From the NCBI GenBank assembly GCA_964035575.1, contig OZ037840.1:434001-498000 (forward strand): a DNA stretch of 64,000 nucleotides. Reading direction: 5' to 3'. The position numbers and the translations under genes are program-made. Below are positions 59,302 to 64,000 of the stretch, one piece after another. The notes beneath the pieces were generated by a model. It ran no database searches. It worked only from the letters and a program-made list of their open reading frames with translations, and was not told the origin of the DNA. Positions within the stretch are counted from its first letter, which is position 1. Each line of letters begins with the position of its first letter. Origin of the DNA: Rhynchopus sp. YZ270_cl-10. Lineage: Eukaryota.

Positions 59302-60324
59302 CCATGGAGAGCAATCGACTCGCGCAATCAAAAGAAGGCAGAGAAAAGGGAAAAGAAAAAAAGAAAAAAAGTTGGGTACCGTGCGCCTGCGGCGCTACCT
59401 GTTTCCTACCCTCCTTTATTTTTAAACATGATGTACTTATTTATGTACAGTGTTCATTTTCTTTTGAGTACGACTCCACATCCCTTCTCCCTCACGGATA
59501 AAGATCAATTAGGATACCATGGGACACACCTGCAAGCCTGCCGCAGAGAATAATGAGCTGCTGAACCGTCTTCACCCTCGCTGTGTGAGGGCACCTCCGA
59601 GGACATAACCGTCCTGGTTTTTCGTTTTCACTCTTCTCTGTGGTCACTGAACCCCCACCGACATCACTACAATACCATAGCTTTCTTCAGTACATTAGTG
59701 TTTCCAGTAAAACACTACAATTTCATGCCAAGTTGGGTTTTCAGACTGAAAATGACCCTTGTTGAGTACGGGTTCATACTTTGTGACAATTTGAGTCACT
59801 GAAATTTTGTCCATTTTTCCGTATATCCCCCACCATAAGCCGGGATTGGTTCGGAAATGCGGTATCCTTACTAAAACCAGAGGAATCTCGTAGTTCCTAG
59901 TAAGGGTACTTTAGTGTATTTTTGTACACACATGTGACCCCACCGTGGAGAGCAATCGGCTCGCGCAATCAAAAGAAAGCAGAAAAGGGGAAAAGAAGAA
60001 AAGAAGAAAGTTGGGTACCGTGCGCCTGCGGCGCTACCTGTTCCCAGTCAAAAACACCATAATTTCATCTGAAGTTGGGTTTTCAGTCCTGAAAATGACC
60101 CTTGCTCACGAGTATGGGTTCATATTTTGTAAAAAATTAAGTCACTAAAATTGTGTCCATGTTTCCGTATATCCCCCACCACAGAACGGGATTGGCTCGG
60201 AAATGCCACAAAACACTGTTTTCACCCCCTTATAGTAATATACACAGCTGTTTGAGGTGCGTTTTTTTGGTCCCAAAACACGATTTTTCAGATTTTTTCC
60301 CCAAAAGTTAGCGCGAAGCCTGTT
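59302..60324 (-). repeat. ~1-kb dispersed repeat, right arm of the inverted pair
   Basis: Inverted copy of 55135-56078. Confidence 0.88.
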
Positions 60325-60579
60325 CTCACCCCATGAAAGAAGGACAATTTGAAAAAAACTTTTTTTTGAAACAAACTTTTTTTTGCCTGCCTGCCTGGGT
60401 TTTTCTGGGGGACGTCCCGACGCGCACGCAGACGAGAAGTTTGTTTTCCCTAATCAAAACAAAGCAAAATTGCTCTCAGGGGAAGTGCGCTTTTTCCAGG
60501 GTTTCCGCCAAGGGGTGTTGGGGAGGCCCCTGCCCCGAGAAAAATGGGGTTTTGGAGGTTGTAGATGACCCCCCGTGGT

Positions 60580-60708
60580 TAATGGTGGCAGTATTGTGAT
60601 GGGAGCCCATTGAAATACGCAAAATACATCAAAATACAGTGTATTGTGATGTATTTTGATGTATTTTGCGGATTCCAATGGGCTCCCATCACAATACTGC
60701 CACCATTA
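60580..60708. mobile_element. 129-bp palindromic MITE with 8-bp TSD (hAT-like), copy 2
   Basis: 33-bp perfect TIR TAATGGTGGCAGTATTGTGATGGGAGCCCATTG; TSD CCCGTGGT (60572-79, 60709-16). A related empty site is at ~29270-29360. Confidence 0.93.
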
Positions 60709-63700
60709 CCCGTGGTCATGCGTCCCCTTACCACCGACCGACCTCTTTCTTGTGAATGCCGTAAGTCTTCCGAGGGTTCTCTGGCCAAAGGATGGCGAGG
60801 GTTCTCTCTTGCCACCCTTTCTTGAGGTACTCTGTCACGAGAGGGCCTTTTGGATTTCAAGACACGTTTCTTTCCTTTTCCTTGGAAAAGGAAAGTGTGA
60901 TGGAGAGAGAGAGACGTGCGTTTCATGTTTCAAATTTTTTTTTTTGTCTCCCCCCCTTTTTTTTTTGGTGAAAAATAATGGACCACATTTCCTCTTCTGT
61001 GCTCTCCATATATCTCCACCTAACGATCCATTCAAAACCCACCTCTACACTGCCCGCTTTCACTTTTTCTCTCTCTCACCCGTCGTTTTTTTTTACTGTA
61101 TTGATTATTCATTCTTTTCCATCCCCATCCCTCCCTGCGACCCTCAAAGTTGGGGATGAAATCTGAAATTTTTTTTGGGTGCTTGGGGGAGAGGGGTTCT
61201 TCGATAAGAATGACTGTGTGGGGTAGAAGAGAGACGACAGCAGCGCAGAACGCAGGAAGCTTCGAAAGGTTCCTGCTTGCCGTATTTCTCTCGGGTATTT
61301 AGTGCTTCGCTGCTTTTTTTCCCCCTCACACCTCCAACTTTGCTCTCGTTTTTTTTTTTTTTGTTGTGGCCTCGGTTGGGGCCGTTAGGATCGTTCAACA
61401 TCTTCCCCTTTTCTCCCTCTTCCCCTTGCCCCCATTCCTCAGCTCAACACAGAGGGCGATTTTTTTTTTTTTTCCGTGCTATCGGTCATATTCACAGGGG
61501 GCAGTAGGGTAAGAGCGCCTTTTTTTTTCTTCGCGATGTGTTCTTAATTAGAGTCCTCTGTATGTGTTCGACCGGTTTCAATCTTTCAAAACAAATCAAA
61601 AAAAAAAAAAATATGATCCCAAAGTAATGCAAAAAGCTTGAGTGTAGGGGGGAAAACAAGGGGGGATTCCCTCCCCCCATCTTCAGGAAGGATTAGGATC
61701 ATCTTAACACACTGCTCCATTTTTTTTTTCCCTTGTTTATTTCTTAGTAAATGGTGATGTGTTCGCACCACAAGAAAACAAGCAGGGGGAAAAAAAAAAG
61801 GGTGAACGGAATATGCAAACCCCACAAACCCATTTTTAAGCGTCATTAGAGACAAATTCTTCAAAAGCCCGGATTTCTTTTTCTTTTTTCTTTTTCTTTT
61901 TGGTTTAATTACCCAGTCGTGGTTTGGATTCTGCAGTACACGTAGTATACCTTTCCCTCCTCCTCCCCTTCTTCTCCCCTTATCACCCCCTTTCCCAATG
62001 CTGGGTGTATTTGTGCATTTTGATGTTTTCCCCCCCATCACAATCCTTCAAGAACACACAAAAGCTTTATTCTGAAGCACGTCTGATGATAAAATCCATC
62101 AAAACGCACAAAAATACAACTGTCATTCCTCCCCCCCCCATACCCCACATACCCCCCATATCCCCACCCCCCTTTTTTTCAGTGCCGTGCGTCCGCTGAT
62201 GTACTTTTTGTTTGCACTTTTTCGACTTCTTTTTTTCCCCCTCTTCTTTTCTTTCCTTTCCATTTCTTCAAATCGCTGCTTTCCCTACCATCTTATAAGC
62301 CGCAGAAGGCACACAACAAGGGAGTGTTTGTATTTTATTTTTATTTTATTTTGGAGAATAGTCGATTTTTAGGGCAAATCTGAGCTTTTTCAAAATAGGG
62401 TAGGATAACTCTGACTATTCCCCCTTTTTATTTTTTACTTTTTTTTTTTTTTTGTAGTGGCCTTTCAAAAGGTGACATTGTGACTATGCGATTAGGTGGA
62501 GGCTTTCTTACGGTATAACGGCATCGCATCAGGCCCCCCTGCATAACACCAACACTTGAAAAAGAAGAAGAAAAAAACTATGGGACGAAAGACCCGGCTA
62601 GTTCAAACCAAAACGAGACGCTAATGCTAAATATCAACAAAAAAGAAACAGTGGAGATTGCACAACTGTGGCAACACAACCGAGGCAACTACACTACTCC
62701 AACAATTTATCAAAAAAAGGGTAAAAAAAAAAACCCCCCTGATTAGCATAACTTAACCAATAGTATGCAGCTTAGGGGTTATGAGTATTTCCTTAGGGGA
62801 GGAGGTAACATGATGTATTTTGAACTTTTTTTTTTGTTGAAGTTTACAAAACTGCAAAATCATACATTCTATTTGCTCTCTTTTAAGGATCCTGATGAAG
62901 AAAAATTTGTGGTTTGCTCATCTTGTGATAGTCGAAAATTAAACAATTTTTTTGTATAAGTTACAGATTCCCATCGGACTGCTTGCAATTGGCGGTTTAC
63001 ACAATAAAAGAGCTCCCCCTCCCTTCCCTGAAAAGAACACCTGCGTGGAGTTCACAAGTGGTGTCTACACAATTGTCAATTTTTCAAGAAAGAAAAAAAA
63101 AGGAAAGAAAAACAAGAATGAAAATAAAACAGAAAATATCAAAAAAAAAAAAAAAAACAACAACAAAAAAAACACAAAACAATGTACCCCCTTTCCGTCC
63201 CTGCCTTTTAAGACAATCACATCCCTTTTCTTGTGTTCAACATCCTGGGGTTGTCAGCTTCTGGCCCACCACATTATTTTGTTGTCCGCCCAATTAGCGA
63301 CTCAGGGTTTACAGCCTCTGCCACACTGCGAAACGAGCAGAGGACCCCAACCGGACGCTACATCACACAGGATTCATGTCCTTGTTCGCAATGATCCCTG
63401 CTCATCTGGTTGATGAGTGGAAGCGGGAGTAGCACAAATCAGATGTAAACCACGAAAAGGAACGTAGGACTGCATGGTTTGGGTGTCCACCCCCGGTACA
63501 GCCGGTCATTTGTACCAAAGGTACACTGTTCACGAGAGGGCTTTGTATTTCAACTCTACTTTGTTTTTATTTACTCCACTCACAATTTTATCCCTCCCCC
63601 CCAAAAAAATATAGTGGAGTTCATCCTCGGGTGGCTACACTAATACAACCAAGTTTTCAAAAAACAAAAAAAACTCCATTCAACAACCCCCACAGTTGTT

Positions 63701-64000
63701 TCGTGCTACACATTTTATTTTATTTTATTTTATTTTTTTAAATGATGCAGTGGATACGGCAGTGGATAGATTCCGTCCTCTCACTAGACGGGACCCTAGG
63801 GAAGAAACAGCAGCAGCAACGAACCTTATTTTTTGCCTTCAACTCTGCCTGCCTTGCGGCCATTATTGCGTACCCATGCGTTATGTACAAGGCGATGGTG
63901 TCTCAGGTCCACATTTTTGCATATGTAGTGTTGCTTGCTGGAGGGGTCATCGGGGTGGTCTCCATCCTTTGCAGGTACAACCTCTCGTCTCCTCTTGTCT

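Overview
This is eukaryotic nuclear DNA, inferred to be euglenozoan (diplonemid/kinetoplastid-like). The inference rests on co-oriented, apparently intronless genes with polypyrimidine-AG tracts upstream, a receptor-type pseudo-cyclase, and a euglenozoan-looking LSU rRNA fragment. Bases 1-24.5 kb are a nearly indel-free 38-bp satellite of about 570 units with higher-order repeats. Its interruptions and its right end all fall at the same phase of the monomer. Bases 24.5-29.2 kb hold two homologous ~122-bp satellites, one carrying a TA-TSD MITE. Bases 29-64 kb are repeat-dense with three credible + strand genes: a UBL/WD40-like protein, UBA5, and a two-TM HAMP/degenerate class III cyclase. The same region also holds a 4.4-kb CAC-terminated TIR element with a 6-bp TSD, containing its own MITE and a Crypton-like tyrosine recombinase relic. 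It also has MITEs with 5-bp and 8-bp TSDs, two LSU rDNA fragments, and several families of tiny, structured, strand-biased A- or T-tailed repeats. The giant ORFs over the satellites are artefacts.
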